From NCBI RefSeq assembly GCF_006345805.1, contig NC_043002.1, forward strand, positions 46,996,001 through 47,060,000: 64,000 bases of DNA. The letters are read 5' to 3'. Source of the stretch: Octopus sinensis. Lineage: Eukaryota. Below the pieces are notes generated by a model. It was not told the origin of the DNA, searched no databases, and saw only the letters and a list, made by a program, of their open reading frames with translations. Below, one piece after another: positions 12,974 through 25,998 of the stretch. Each line of letters begins with the position of its first letter. The first letter of the stretch is position 1. The position numbers and the translations under genes are program-made.

Positions 12974-13933
12974 CTGTCAAGAGCCATAGGTCAGTTTAGT
13001 ATTGGAAAAATTCACACACATACATGCGCATGCACACACACACACATTAGGCTTCTTTCAATGTTAGTCTACCAAATTTCCTCACAAGGTATTGGTTGGC
13101 CCAGAGTTATGGTAGAAGACACTTCTCTCCTTCATTACACACACATTTATATTTCCACACTTATTTAAAATCCCTTTACTGAGTCTTTTTCGTGTTTTTC
13201 TCCACTCACATCGAACCATTATATATTGTTCATTTCATACAAACCCAGGCATTTGAACCTTAGGTTTAAGATTCCAAGAGGCGAGCTACCATTAGCTGAT
13301 ATTATAAACAATATCCATCCATCCTATCTATCTGTTTGTCTGTCTGTCTATCAAGCTAGCTAGCTACACACACACACACACATTTCGAGTTTAATTATAA
13401 TTATTTACTCGATTCCATTATCCAATTAGCTATCCTTAATAACTTCCACTATATTCCACACAGCCACTCAAATACATGCATGCACATGCACACATTCACT
13501 CACCCACAATTAGCTATACAAACATATAGATACATACACACACACGTATGATGAATAATAAACAAATATATCACAAATCCTCTGCCTCACCCCCACTATC
13601 ACTCGGACACATATTCAGATCTCCATACCTGTTCAAAATTTCCCCCTTCATTATCTCCTGTAACCCTCATTTTCATTTGCTATGTTTTCATACCATCTAA
13701 TTTTCTCTCCCTCTAGATTTTGTATTTTATGTCCCATATATTTTCTCTGGTTTTAAGATTCAGTAACAAGCTGCTATTAATAGCAAAGAAATGTATTTCA
13801 ACCTTGGATTCAAATTCAATTAATTACTTGTTTCCATTATTCCATTAGCCACAGCTTCTAACCCCATCATTAATTCCAGGCACACATTTATCTACATAAA
13901 CATAATTAACTATACTAACTTATAGACACATCC

Positions 13934-13979
<46 letters not shown>

Positions 13980-14220
13980 TATGAGTGTGTGCTAATGAAG
14001 TTCATAAGATAATCATTTATTTCTTTGTCATCTCATTTTCTTTTATATATATATATATATTATATATATATATATATTATATATATATATATATATACGC
14101 ATACACATATACAGACATGACAGAAGTAAATAGACACCCTTATACTCATTTATTTAAATCTGAAATTATACATTCAAATTATTTATTAATTGTTATAGTG
14201 TGGATTTTTAATATTTAGTA

Positions 14221-15290
14221 GACATGCCCTTTGCATTTTTCAATGCAAGGACCCTATTAGGCATGTTACTGATCAGATGACGAATATTCTCTTACAGAAT
14301 TCCTTGCCAAGTTTTGTGCAGTAATCTCAAAAGATCTGGCTTTGAAGATGTTTTCTTGTTCTTTTTATGAAGTTTCCTATCCATTATGCCCCAGAGGTAT
14401 TTAATAGGTTCATATCTGGTGACTGGCTTGACCATAGAAGCTTTTTAGTGCCATTCTCATTCAACAAATTTTGGGTCATTTTAGCCATGACAAGCAGCCC
14501 CATCTTCCATAAATAAAAAGTCTTCTTTAATCATTTCACCACTAGAGAAGATTGGAAGGAGTCCTTTCTGCAATATGGACACATATTTATCTGAGTTTAT
14601 GTTTCCCTCACACTCCACCAGCTCTGATCAACCATTGCTCCAAATTGCTCCTCAGATCATCACAGAATAACTGCCATGTTTCATTGTTGGTTGCAATCTT
14701 TTCACATCACGTTCTTGATCACTGAATCTTCAGGCCAACACTCGACCACTGTCAGGAAATACAGCAAATCTGTATTCATCAGAGAATATAACAGTGTCCC
14801 AAAATATTAGTGGTCTCTCCATCATCTCACTGGCCAAAACTTTACTCAACTTGATGTTGGCTGGTTGAAGAAGTGGCTTTCGTCTTGCTGCCCTGCCATA
14901 ATAACCAAGTTTGTGGAGATACCTGACAGCTGTTTTGGGACTGACATCAACTTGCTCTACTATGTCAGAGGTCTTGCAATGAGGATTGTTTTCTACACTT
15001 CTCTTATCAAAGAGAAGGGTCCTGTCAGAGGGCCCTGGTCAATCTGGGTGAGGTGATGTGGACTCCTTCCCCTCTCTGGTGAATTGCACAATCACTCTAT
15101 TGACTGTAGAAAGTGGGATCCCAAGGTTTTCTGTGATTTTATGCTATGTCCACCTTCAGAATGACCCACAATACAGCCTCTTTGAAATTCAGACAGTTCC
15201 AAGGCTTCTTTTGTATGTGGCATGATTAAACATATAGAACCTGAAACATAAAAAAATATAAACCTTTACAAGTTATAATAAACAAACTGA
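14221..15290 (-). mobile_element. Decayed Tc1-like DNA transposon
   Basis: N-terminus MPHTKEALELSEFQRGCIVG (ATG at 15223); core VIFSDEYRF..MKHG..SVMI*GAIW..FLFMEDGAACH with in-frame stops. Confidence 0.8.
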
Positions 15291-15904
15291 TGTTTTATGG
15301 GATGTCTATTTACTTCTGTTATGTGTGTGTGTATGTGAATCATCATACTTGACTTCTGTCATTCCATCTCCTTCACTCACCCATATATGTTCATACACAA
15401 ACAGTCCTTCTCCAATAACACACTTCATTTCAAATCAAAATGCAACATAAAACAACTAAAAATAAATGAATACATAGCAACTCTCACCTACCACTATATG
15501 ATGTAGTTGGGTAGCCATGTATCTTCTCTACAGCAAAGCAACTCAGCTGTTTTCTGTCATGCATTTTAATACCACAACACTTGACCTTCAACCACCTCCC
15601 ACCTCATAACACCTCTACTTCCTATTTAGTCATGGGGCCTTTTTCCTTCTTCCTTCAACTGTACTTTCTTGCTTTACAAATTACCTGACCTCACTAGTGC
15701 TGGTTGCATGAAAAAGCTCCCTGTACACTGAGTAATGTGGTTGGCCCAAGAAAGGGCATTCAGCCATAGAAGCCATACCATAGCTGACACTGCAGCTCAA
15801 TGCAGCCCAGCAACTCTCCCGACTCTGTCAAACTGTCCGACTCATGCTAGTATGGAAATTGAACATTAAATGATGATGATGATGATAAAAGAAATAGATA
15901 ACCA

Positions 15905-16258
15905 GGAAAACTGATGAAATGGATCATGTTTCATCAGGACAATGTACCAATACACAGGTTTCAATGGTTGCTGTGCGTGATTGTGGCTTTGAACTGGTTG
16001 ATCACCCTCCCTATTCTCCTGATTTGGCCCCATCTGACTATCTTCTGCTCCTCAACATGAAAAAAACACCAGTATCATAGTGATGATGATATCATATCTA
16101 CTGTTGATGACTTTTTTAACCAACAGGATGAAAGCTTCTTCACCCATGAAATCCAAGCACTGCAACACCAATGGAAGAAGTGTGTGGGCCACAATGGGTA
16201 CTATTTTGAAAAATAAACTTAATTTGGTCACATTCCATGAGAGTATCTTCATCAGCCT
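15905..16258 (+). mobile_element. Mariner 3' remnant
   Basis: HQDNVP..DHPPYSPDLAPSDY..WKKCV motifs. Confidence 0.7.
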
Positions 16259-16859
16259 GATTTGAGTTTAAAACATTGTTGAATGGAAAAATACTTACAT
16301 TCAATTCACAATGGAACATTGCAAGGAAAAACTTCCATTTTTTGATATTTCAAAAAAAAAAAAAGTCAATAAGCAAATTGAAACCAACATCTATTATAAA
16401 TCCACAGACTCAGAGTAATACCTACTATTTAACTCATGCCACCAAAAACATGTTAAACTCATAACACCTCTACTTCCTATTTAGTCATGGGGGCCTTTTC
16501 CTTCTTCCTTCAACTGTACTTTCTTGCCTTACAAATTACCTGACCTCACTAGTGCTGATTGCATGTAAAAGCTCCCCGTACACTGTGTAATGTGGTTGGC
16601 CCAAGAAAGGGCATTCAGCCATAGAAACCATACCATAGCTGACATTGCAGCTGAATGCAGCCCAGGATTTTCACAATAGTGTCTAATAAAAATACCTGGG
16701 GGACTATGACTTTATGAACTTAAAACCATATTAGCTGAGAGATGAGGGGATAAAATGTATGAAGACAAGTGATATCCAGACAATAATGGAAATAAAAAAA
16801 TAATACACCCAATTTAAACATACAACCCTATATTTCTATCCACAATCCTAGAAACAATG

Positions 16860-17345
16860 AATGTTTTCCATGTTGAGGAACAGATGATTGTCTGATGGGG
16901 CCAAATCAGGAGAATAGGGAGGGTGATCCACCAGTTCAAAGCCACAGTCATGCACAGCAGCCATTGAAAGCAAGGACTTGTGTGCTGGAGCATTGTCCTC
17001 ATGAAACAAGATCCCTTTCATCAGTTTTCCTGGGTGTTTGGTCTTGATAGCCTTTCATGACTGCCTCAGCAAATTGGCATAGTACCCTCCATTGATGGTG
17101 CGGGTCTTTTGAAGATACTAAATAAACACAATGCCTTTTGGATTCTAATAAACAAAGGCCATCAGCTTCCCTGTAGGTGAGGAGGGGCATTTCCATTGTA
17201 TGGATTGTCTCTGGCTGAAAGTGATGAAGCCGACACTCATCCTGGTTTAGGGAATGTTCAAAGATGTGCTTTTGATCAGGTGTCAAAAGACATGGCACTC
17301 ACCAAGCAAAAACCTTCACCATACCAAGTTCATTGTGTAGAATAT
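16860..17345 (-). mobile_element. Mariner remnant, opposite orientation to 15905-16258
   Basis: HEDNAP..DHPPYSPDLAPSD motifs read with frameshifts. Confidence 0.7.
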
Positions 17346-17399
17346 TCTCAATTCTCTCATGGGATATGCATAGAGAAGACTAGGTTTCAATTAAAAATT

Positions 17400-17530
17400 T
17401 GTTATATAGGAATCATTTTCTAGCACGGACAGTACTAAGTCTTTGTAGCATTCTGTGTCCATCAGTACTACAGCACTTCCTTTATTGGTTTTTCCATTCA
17501 GTTGTTCTGTGGTTTGAGTAAATACTTTGT
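17400..17530 (-). mobile_element. Penelope-like RT fragment
   Basis: KTNKGSAVVLMD..YKDLVLSVLENDSY resembles the Penelope KADKG..VV(L/I)MD motif. Confidence 0.5.
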
Positions 17531-17551
17531 GTAATGTATTATAGAAGAAAT

Positions 17552-17785
17552 AAGGCAGCGAGCTGGCAGAAACGCTAGCACGCCGGGTGAAATACTTAGT
17601 GATATTTCGTCTGCCACTACGTTCTGAGTTCAAATTCCGCCGAGGTCGACTTTGCCTTTCATCCTTTCGGGGTCGATTAAATAAGTACCAGTTATGCACC
17701 GGGGTCAATATAATCGACTTAATCCGTTCACCTGTCCTTGTTTGTCCTCTCTGTGTTTAGCCTCTTGTGGGTAGTAAAGAAATAG
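17552..17785 (+). mobile_element. SINE family B with 16-bp TSD
   Basis: GGCAGCGAGCTGGCAGAAACG head, GGTCGACTTTGCCTTTCATCC core; direct repeat GTATTATAGAAGAAAT at 17536-17551 and 17786-17801. Confidence 0.85.
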
Positions 17786-20687
17786 GTATTATAGAAGAAA
17801 TTAAAAATGTGGTCACAAAAGTCATTGAATGTTTTATTCCTACCCTTTTGCAAGGAAGATAATTGCTTTTGTTTTTAACAAGTGAATTATTATTGTTATT
17901 ATAATTAAGTAATGCTTCTATAAATCACAATTTCCTGCAAAATTCCATATCATCTTTGATTTCAGTCTGATTAGATCTGTGTGGGGTTGGGGTAGATTTT
18001 AGTCTCTTTGCTAGTATGTTGATTGTTTTTGTTGTTATTGAAAAAGTTTTCTTCGATATGTTTATTACTTGGGGTTTTTCTTGTATGTTTGTTCTAACGT
18101 GTACTCCTGTTTCTGTGGTCTGAGTCTAAAAAATGTTCATTCTAATTACATTGAAGTGGATTGTCAGTGTTACTAATTATATTTGAATTGTTAGAAGACT
18201 GGCGTTACTGTCTGAGCATATTAGGTGTATTTACATGTTTCAAGTTCCTTTGCTGAGGGCTAAATATATTCTCTTGGATTTTCCTTATTTCTGGAGGAAA
18301 ATTGATATTTCTAACTCTGGGGTGATTCCTTCTATCTCTCTAGCATTAATTTATGTTCCTGTAGTTGTAGAGTTGCTAAAAGATATCCTCTTAATGAGAA
18401 TTATTTAAGGGAAATTATAGTTTACACAACATAGGCGTCATACCTTCAAAAGTAGATTCATAAAGATTTATTCACTAATTCTAAATTGGTACATTTGACA
18501 TTGTTGGCCAATCACATTTGGTGTTTGAATTCAAGAGGTATTGACTCCAAACTTGAGTATTAGAAGTGTTACACTAACAAAAAACAGTTACTGGTGCGAA
18601 TGTTGACTTTGTATGGATCTATTCAAATATTACTAAAAGATGATAATCTTTTAAATAAAATAAATGAAATCCTAATTAATTACTATCATAAGATAATCAA
18701 AACTTTCAAGTTTAACATAATAATAAGTAAGCAGAATAATTAGGAAACCAAAATTAATATTTGATGGTATTTTAATGCAAATCTGAAAACTATCCATCAA
18801 ACACTCACCATATCTACTATTTTTTCATACTACTCAGTCTTTATTTTGCATTGAACGCTTTTAGTAAACCCAATTTTCCAGTATGTCCTTAATATACATT
18901 AAAATTGGGTTGTGGCTTAGCCTGTTCTCCACAACTAAGCCATTGCCTGCATCACTTAAAATTTTCATAAAAATATATTTTCCATCACTAATCTGGTCAA
19001 AAAGAGCGAGATAAGTTCAGGAAAGTGAAGAGATGAGCAGATGTCCACTTGTGATTTTTGGTTGACTTTTGTCAAATCACAGGGAACTCATTTTCTGAGT
19101 TTGGGCACCTTTCCAAGCTGTTGAAGATGGTGGTGAACAATTGAATGGCTTGAATTGAGCTTGCTTGCTAATTCTTCAACTGACAAAAAAGGATCATCAT
19201 AAAATTCAAGAGGGTGTCCTATCGCTTAAGCTGAAATCAGTATTTTTGAAAAAGGACTCATTATATTGAATGCTATTGATAATATGGAGTAGAAACAGGG
19301 GGTGCTGCAGTTCCGCAGTGCCTATATATGAGCCGCCACTGGGTGAATCTCTCTTTAGAAACTTAGAATTTTGGGCAGTAGAAATTAAACTTTCTTCATT
19401 AGCTAGAAAAATGGCTTATAGCCAATTATATATTGTTAGTAAAGATACAGATTTTAAACATTTGTGCAACTAGACAGTTACGAATTGAATGTACTATGTA
19501 TAATATAATTTTGAATCAGGAGCTTGAATAACAAACTCACTTTAAAATTATGTATACAAGAGATAAATACTTTACTGCTCAGCTGTTATATGAAATGTAT
19601 TATAATTTTTACTTTTACATCGAATTTTAACCCTTTTTTAATCAAACTTAATGGATAAACTAAGATATTTAAAAATTCTTCTCATTTGATCTAGTCTGCT
19701 TGTTAGCAGACTAGATCCTCTTAATCTTATTTCTTATATTGAATTTTTGGATCCTAAACCTAATTTGGTACAAACTTGAGAGAAAAGTAACAGAAATGAT
19801 GCTTATGAAGATGATGACAGCTATTTAAAGGAAAATATTAGGAAAACATCTCAAAATACTCGTTTTCCTTTGCAAAAAGCTCAGACCATGATTACAAGGG
19901 AAATATAACCTACTGAAGATCATCATGGGTTTTTTTGTAGAAAAGTTTTGAAACATGTAAATAATTCAATCATTTCTCTTTAGGAATCAAAGAATTTAAA
20001 TAATAATAATGCATAAAGTATCTAATTAAAATATAATAGCATTCATTTGTTTAAATACTAACTTATACTGAAAAATTTTGGATAGAAAATTTTAAGATGT
20101 TAATAGTGAAGATTCCTTTAGAGACTAGAGACATGGCAGTACTTATTCCTAATCTCTTAATATTACCAAATTCAAATATTAAAGTAGGAAGATTATTCAG
20201 TAGCCTGTAAGTTGTCAAAATAAAATAAGGAAATACAACTTAAAAGCTTTTTGAGCTGTTTTTTCTAAAACGATATAAGTACTGAGAAAATTGTGGTTTT
20301 CTTAAAGCAATACTAAATAAAATTCGCAAAGTGGACAGATATCTAACTCACAAACAAAATACCAGTACTGGATATCCTAAAGGATTTAATTGCTTAGACT
20401 ATTGCTGATCCAAATATAGAAGTAAAGGCTTAGCAACATTTCTTTTTTAAAAAAAGTAATTTTTCTCATATTTAGCGTCTTTTAGCATTTTTTGTAGAAG
20501 TGAGTTCATTTGACAATACAGCAGGTTGTGATTTGAGAAAATTGTGGCTGCTGTTATCTTTGACGTTTTCTGAAGTTGAAAGACAATGTTATTCTTCGTA
20601 CAATTTGCATACAATCCTTATAAGTTACCCTACTATTTAGCAAGAACAACTGCTACGTTCCATAGCATATCTGTGAGAAGAAACTAG

Positions 20688-21105
20688 TGTAACGAGAAAG
20701 GATCTATCATCGAAGCACTGGCAGGGTGTCGAGATCCTTTCTAGTCACATACAAAAATTCTTGTAGAAAACAAACAGACGAAACTCAGGTTAAAGGTGAA
20801 CAGACAACTTGGTTTATTGATTCATGGTTGTACGTTGTCTGATGGGGGAATAGACAGCCTCTGATATACTGCTGGTGTTGGTCGTTGAGGTTGGTTGAAG
20901 TTGGTTGAAGTTGGTGTGTGGCTGTCAGAGCCAGGAAAACCGTGACCGATCGCAGTGCTGTCTTGAGCCGAAGAGAGCGATTTGAGGTTCGCGGGCTCGA
21001 GAGATGTTTTCCCGCACATGCGCATGGGGAAGACTTCCGGTGGCCACCCGGAAGTAGTCCCATTCTGCGCATGCGCGCCGAACCCTACACTGTAGCATCA
21101 CTACA
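20688..21105 (-). repeat. 3' LTR
   Basis: No difference from 25581-25998 found by eye; AATAAA on the - strand at 20813-20818. Confidence 0.95.
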
Positions 21106-21117
21106 GGGCTCCCCTCC
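21106..21117 (-). other. Polypurine tract (GGAGGGGAGCCC)
   Basis: Immediately 5' of the 3' LTR on the - strand. Confidence 0.7.
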
Positions 21118-21230
21118 GAGTGCGAAGTACGGCAACCAGAATATTGTGGTGGTGCTGCAGAAAACAGAAGGCTTGCCGATCCCCCAGAAGACTTGGTACA
21201 TACTATTATACAATAAGAAACATTTTAAAG

Positions 21231-22277
21231 TTAAATGTAAATTGTTTTTGAAAGTTTCTTGGGCCAATGCACTGTTCTGCCCGATTTTGTAACATACGGT
21301 GTGCTCGGGGCACCCGTTGACGGCGAGGGTGGTGTTGTAGGAGCCGGTGAAGGTGTTTGTGCAGGTGAAGGCGTTTGTGCAGGTGAAGGCGTTTGTGCAG
21401 GTGAAGGCGTTTGTGCAGGTGAAAGTGTTGTTAAAGGTGCATAGGTGGGTGTGTCAAGGTTGTCATCAAAAGATGAAGACGTCTCAAAATGTGCCTTTTT
21501 TAAACGGTCCACGGAAACGGTCTCCGAACGACCATTTATCTCAATCGTGAAAACCTTTGGTGTGCGAGAAAGCACACGAAAAGGTCCTTTATAGGGAGAA
21601 ACAAGTGGGCCCTTCACAGAATCGTCCCGAACAAAAACATGCGACCAGGTGTTCATATCCGGTGGAAGATGGGACGGTGGAGATTGCTTTCTGGGAAGCA
21701 TGGGCGGAAGGTTTGAAAAATATTCCCGCAGTCTGGTGACATAGGTCGCCGGATCATGGGGCGGGGAAGTGTCTGGCACCAACATCGTACCGGGCAATGC
21801 CAGTGTGGTACCATACAGCAGCTCTGCAGCAGAAAACCCCAGGTCTGCCTTGACAGCAGTCCGACAGCCGAGAAGCACAATGGGCAGAAATTCGATCCAG
21901 GACTGTGGGTCCGAAGAGGCACGAAGAGCGGCCTTGAGCTGTCTATGGAACCGCTCAACCAATCCATTAGACGCTGGATGGTAGCTTGTGGTGTGGATAT
22001 GGTGCATACCCAAAATTCGCGACAATTCGCGAAATAGCGAGGCCTCAAACTGTCGTCCACGATCAGTTGTCAATCGGGACGGGACTCCGAAGCGAGAAAT
22101 CCAGTTTGAAACGAAAGCTCGCGCAACAGTCTCAGCAGAAATGTCTGCTATCGGAATGGCTTCTGGCCAGCGGGAGAAACGATCGACACAAGTTAATAGA
22201 TAAGAGAACCCGCGACTCACAGGCCATGGTCCAACCAGATCGATGTGGACATGGCGAAAACGGGCCTCCGTGGGGGG
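21231..22277 (-). CDS. Pol C-terminal part: integrase DDE core, GPY/F region, SPAQTP repeats
   Basis: [35 protein letters not shown]; joins the upstream pol ORF only after a 1-nt correction at the G6 run (22272-22277). Confidence 0.92.
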   Translation of the reverse strand, partial: PPTEARFRHVHIDLVGPWPVSRGFSYLLTCVDRFSRWPEAIPIADISAETVARAFVSNWISRFGVPSRLTTDRGRQFEASLFRELSRILGMHHIHTTSYHPASNGLVERFHRQLKAALRASSDPQSWIEFLPIVLLGCRTAVKADLGFSAAELLYGTTLALPGTMLVPDTSPPHDPATYVTRLREYFSNLPPMLPRKQSPPSHLPPDMNTWSHVFVRDDSVKGPLVSPYKGPFRVLSRTPKVFTIEINGRSETVSVDRLKKAHFETSSSFDDNLDTPTYAPLTTLSPAQTPSPAQTPSPAQTPSPAQTPSPAPTTPPSPSTGAPSTPYVTKSGRTVHWPKKLSKTIYI

Positions 22278-24478
22278 AATTGTCCAAGCGGGGCACGAAC
22301 GTGCCGTTGAATCTTGGATCGTTGACACTTGGAGCAGGTGCGTGTCCAACAAGTAATTGTGCGACGCATATTCGGCCAGAAAAACCGAGCAGTGATTAGT
22401 TTGAGGGTGGCAGCGATGCCAGGATGTGATAAGGAGTGCAGTGCTTCAAACACTGAGCGTTGATGGGTCTCAGGCACCAGTGGCCTGGGAGATCCAGTTG
22501 AAGTGTCACAAAGAATGGTGCCTTCGGCTGACGGAAGCGGAAGGTAGGAAAACTGGCAACAGGAGAACTTGGGAGAAGTTAAATCTAACGACGCCAAAGG
22601 TGGCTGCTCCTGCGATATGGCAGCTAAGTCGATAGCAGCAGGAGACGAAAGGGCGCAAACTGGAAGGCGAGAGAGAGCGTCAGCAGGAACGTTCTCTTTT
22701 CCAGGTATGTGTCGAATGTTGCTAGTAAATTGAGAGATAAAATCCAGGTGCCGAAAAGCACGGGGTGAGAGTTTGTCCGTTTTTGAAAACAGGGCAAACG
22801 TAAGGGGCTTGTGATCCGTATAGATCACAAAATCTCGCCCTTCAAGTTGATGCTGGAAATGACGAACCGATAGATAGATCGCTAGGAGCTCACGATCAAA
22901 GGTGCTGTATCGTCGTTCAGCTGGTTGCAGTTGACGGGAAAAGAAGGCTAGAGGTCGAACATGGTCATCCACTGTGTGTTGTAACACAGCGCCAATCGCA
23001 GTGTCCGATGCGTCCACAGTCAAAAAGAGAGAAGCACCAGGAACTGGATGTGCAAGCAAAGAAACAGAAGCCAGCTCCTTCTTAATGGACTCAAAGGCTG
23101 TCACTGCCTCAACAGAGAGGGTGACTTGACTGTCCTTTCTAGGAGAGTCCTTTAACAGCCTGGTGAGAGGTAGCAGCTTATCTGCACAACCGGGAATGAA
23201 GCGTCGGTAGAAATTGACCATCCCTAGATAATGCCTGAGCTGGCGCAAGGAAGTGGGGGGTGCGATGCGTTGAATGGCATCGACTTTTGACGAGAGGGGG
23301 CTGATTCCAGTCGAATCAATATGATGCCCTAGAAAATCTAGGGAAGAGCGTCCGAAAACACACTTGTCGGGGTTTATGCGTATGCTATACGCGCGAAGAC
23401 GCTGGAAGAGTTGAGAAAGGTGCCGGAGATGATTTTCTCGTGTGTCGCTCGCAATGAGTATGTCCTCGACATAGGCAAACACAAAATCAAGACCGCGGAC
23501 AACCTCATCAATGAAACGCTGGAAGGTGCTAGTAGCATTCCGCAAACCGAAACTCATGTACAAAAACTCAAAACACCCAAACGGGGTAGTGATTGCAGTT
23601 TTTGGAACGTCGGCTGGGTTGACCGGTATTTGGTGGTAAGCGCGTATCAGATCGACCTTCGAAAAAATGGTACAACCATGGAGATTTGCTGTAAAGTCCC
23701 GGAGATTTCTAATCGGATAGCGATCGGCTATTGTGACGGCATTGAGGCGTCGATAGTCTCCAACCGGGCGAAAATCAGACTCGCCCTTTCGCGCCAAATG
23801 AAGGGGAGATGCCCATGGGCTGGTGGAGGGGCGTATAATGCCAAGTTGAAGCATGTGCTCAAACTCGGCTCTGGCCGTTTTAAGTCGGTCTGGCGCTAGG
23901 CGCCGGGGGCGTGAGAATACAGGTGGCCCATTGGTGGTGATGAAATGGAGGGTCGAGTGGGTAGGATTTTCCGGTTTAAAGGCAATGTCCACTAGCTCCG
24001 GAAATGAAACCAAAAGAGAGTGAAAAGGGTCTCCAGAGGTGGCAACAAAGAATGTCGGGCTAAGGACCGCAGTGGTGGAACTCCCAGTCGGTGTAGAGAG
24101 CGACGTCGTGCTATCAAGAAGCCTCCGACGCCTGACATCCACCAAAAGGTTAAACCTATCCAGGAAATCAGCGCCGAGAATAGGATGTGGGATGTCAGCG
24201 ATGACGAAAACCCATCGAAAGTCTCGGCGAAGGTTGAGGTTGAGGCGCAGCGAAATCTGACCGTAAGTGGTTATGGGAGACGAGTCAATAGCATGCAAGA
24301 CAATCGAAGAGCGCTTCGGCTTGTCTGCAGCCAGACGAAGGGGCCAGATGCTGCAACAGGAACCGGTGTCTACCATGAAGAATGTCTTCGACACCAGATC
24401 TTTTACATAGAATGCACGATGTTTGGGAAACGAGATGGAAGAAGGTGACGTGCTCACCTCCTCCGGATTTAGTTTTCC
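22278..24478 (-). CDS. Pol: protease, reverse transcriptase, RNase H, integrase Zn-finger
   Basis: VDTGS (PR); [24 protein letters not shown] (RT); DASD, RELLAI, TDHKPL, DALSR (RH); H..SHPG...CSKC (HHCC). Confidence 0.95.
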
Positions 24479-25197
24479 GAGGGCTTGAAAGTGCACGGCT
24501 GGGTACACCGATCTGCCTTCTCGGCATATCTCGAATGGTACCAGCACCAGCCGGAACGAGAAACAGAGTCACTCCGACTGCGGGAAATAGAGCTACTGCG
24601 ACTACGAGATTGGCGTCCGATCGCACGGCACAGATCATCGATCCTCCGCGTAAGCGCGTCGATGTTCTCGGCCAGTTTATCGTTCGTCGGAGGGGGCTCT
24701 GTGCATGCGTACAGGCCCCGCGAGGGAGATGGGCGCGAAAACTCCAACACTTTGTCGGCCATCGTGGCGATCTGGTCCACAGACACAGCATCCAGTGCCG
24801 TGGCCAACATTGTCTGCACGTGGGCAGGCAGCCTTGAGAAAAATATCTTGCGTAAGAGCGGCGCGTCAGCGGCGTTGCCGCTTAGCTCTCTTAGATGGCG
24901 CAGAAATTGGGATGGAGTTCTGTCCCCTAACTGCTCGTCGGCCATCAGTTCATTAAACTGACATTCCTCTGAGCGCGTGTTGCGACGGAGGATCTCCGCC
25001 TTTACTGACGCATATGTGGCGTCAGGATGGGGACTCACAATGAGATCCCTGACCGATGTTGCGAGCCGGGAGGGCAAACTTGAAAACAGTAGATGTAACT
25101 GCTGTTGTGGCGGAATGGTATGCGCGGCAAAGTGTGACTCCACCTGTGCAAACCACAGCCCCGCATCCCCCGTAAATGAAGGCAAACCTGAAGCCAT
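24469..25197 (-). CDS. Gag (242 aa from MASGLPSF)
   Basis: PSF..LWFAQVESHF N-terminus, LGDRTPSQFLRHL core and CWYHSRY..ADRCTQPCTF C-terminus, typical of invertebrate Gypsy Gag. Confidence 0.9.
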   Translation of the reverse strand: MASGLPSFTGDAGLWFAQVESHFAAHTIPPQQQLHLLFSSLPSRLATSVRDLIVSPHPDATYASVKAEILRRNTRSEECQFNELMADEQLGDRTPSQFLRHLRELSGNAADAPLLRKIFFSRLPAHVQTMLATALDAVSVDQIATMADKVLEFSRPSPSRGLYACTEPPPTNDKLAENIDALTRRIDDLCRAIGRQSRSRSSSISRSRSDSVSRSGWCWYHSRYAEKADRCTQPCTFKPSEN

Positions 25198-25568
25198 GCC
25201 TTTGTCGGAAGGAGTCTGTGAGAAGGGGGCAGAAGGTATGGTCGAGAAACGGAGAGAGAACACGTGGAACCGAGAAGGCAATTGAAAATTGTGTTTGTGT
25301 GTGCACCTCGTGGGTAGCAAAAAAAAGGAATAGGTGTGTACAAGGAAAACAAAATACAGAAAAGGAAAAAAAAATGAATGTGTGTGTGTTTTCTTTTTTC
25401 TTTGTTTTTTTTTTTTTTTTTGTACTGTGTGCGATGAATAAGGCTATTTGACCCACCTCGCCGTGCTGAAAAGGAGAAAATAGGAAAATAAATGTGAATT
25501 TCCGCGCTCTTCGGCCCCAAAAAACCTGTTCGCTGTGTCTTTTTCTATCCTGTTCTTTTTCTCAACTA

Positions 25569-25578
25569 GGGGTCACCA
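25569..25578 (-). other. Primer binding site, tRNA-Trp type
   Basis: TGGTGACCCC 2 nt after the 5' LTR; complementary to the ...GGGGUCACCA 3' end of eukaryotic tRNA-Trp (10-nt match only). Confidence 0.8.
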
Positions 25579-25580
25579 AT

Positions 25581-25998
25581 TGTAACGAGAAAGGATCTAT
25601 CATCGAAGCACTGGCAGGGTGTCGAGATCCTTTCTAGTCACATACAAAAATTCTTGTAGAAAACAAACAGACGAAACTCAGGTTAAAGGTGAACAGACAA
25701 CTTGGTTTATTGATTCATGGTTGTACGTTGTCTGATGGGGGAATAGACAGCCTCTGATATACTGCTGGTGTTGGTCGTTGAGGTTGGTTGAAGTTGGTTG
25801 AAGTTGGTGTGTGGCTGTCAGAGCCAGGAAAACCGTGACCGATCGCAGTGCTGTCTTGAGCCGAAGAGAGCGATTTGAGGTTCGCGGGCTCGAGAGATGT
25901 TTTCCCGCACATGCGCATGGGGAAGACTTCCGGTGGCCACCCGGAAGTAGTCCCATTCTGCGCATGCGCGCCGAACCCTACACTGTAGCATCACTACA
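25581..25998 (-). repeat. 5' LTR
   Basis: 418 bp, matches 20688-21105. Confidence 0.95.

Larger units (their letters stand above)
20688..25998 (-). mobile_element. Full-length Ty3/Gypsy LTR retrotransposon (gag, then PR-RT-RH-IN)
   Basis: Two 418-bp TG...CA LTRs, CTAG TSD (20684-20687 and 25999-26002), PBS, PPT and Gypsy domain order. Confidence 0.97.

Noticed and set aside
19541-19582. - strand exon candidate LSSKVFISCIHNFK for the unidentified gene
   Set aside because: Ends in phase 0 while the next confident exon needs phase 1; no bridging exon found.
21259-25520. Numerous overlapping antisense and alternate-frame ORFs over the Gypsy element
   Set aside because: Expected shadows of GC-richer coding sequence; no motifs and no env-like ORF.
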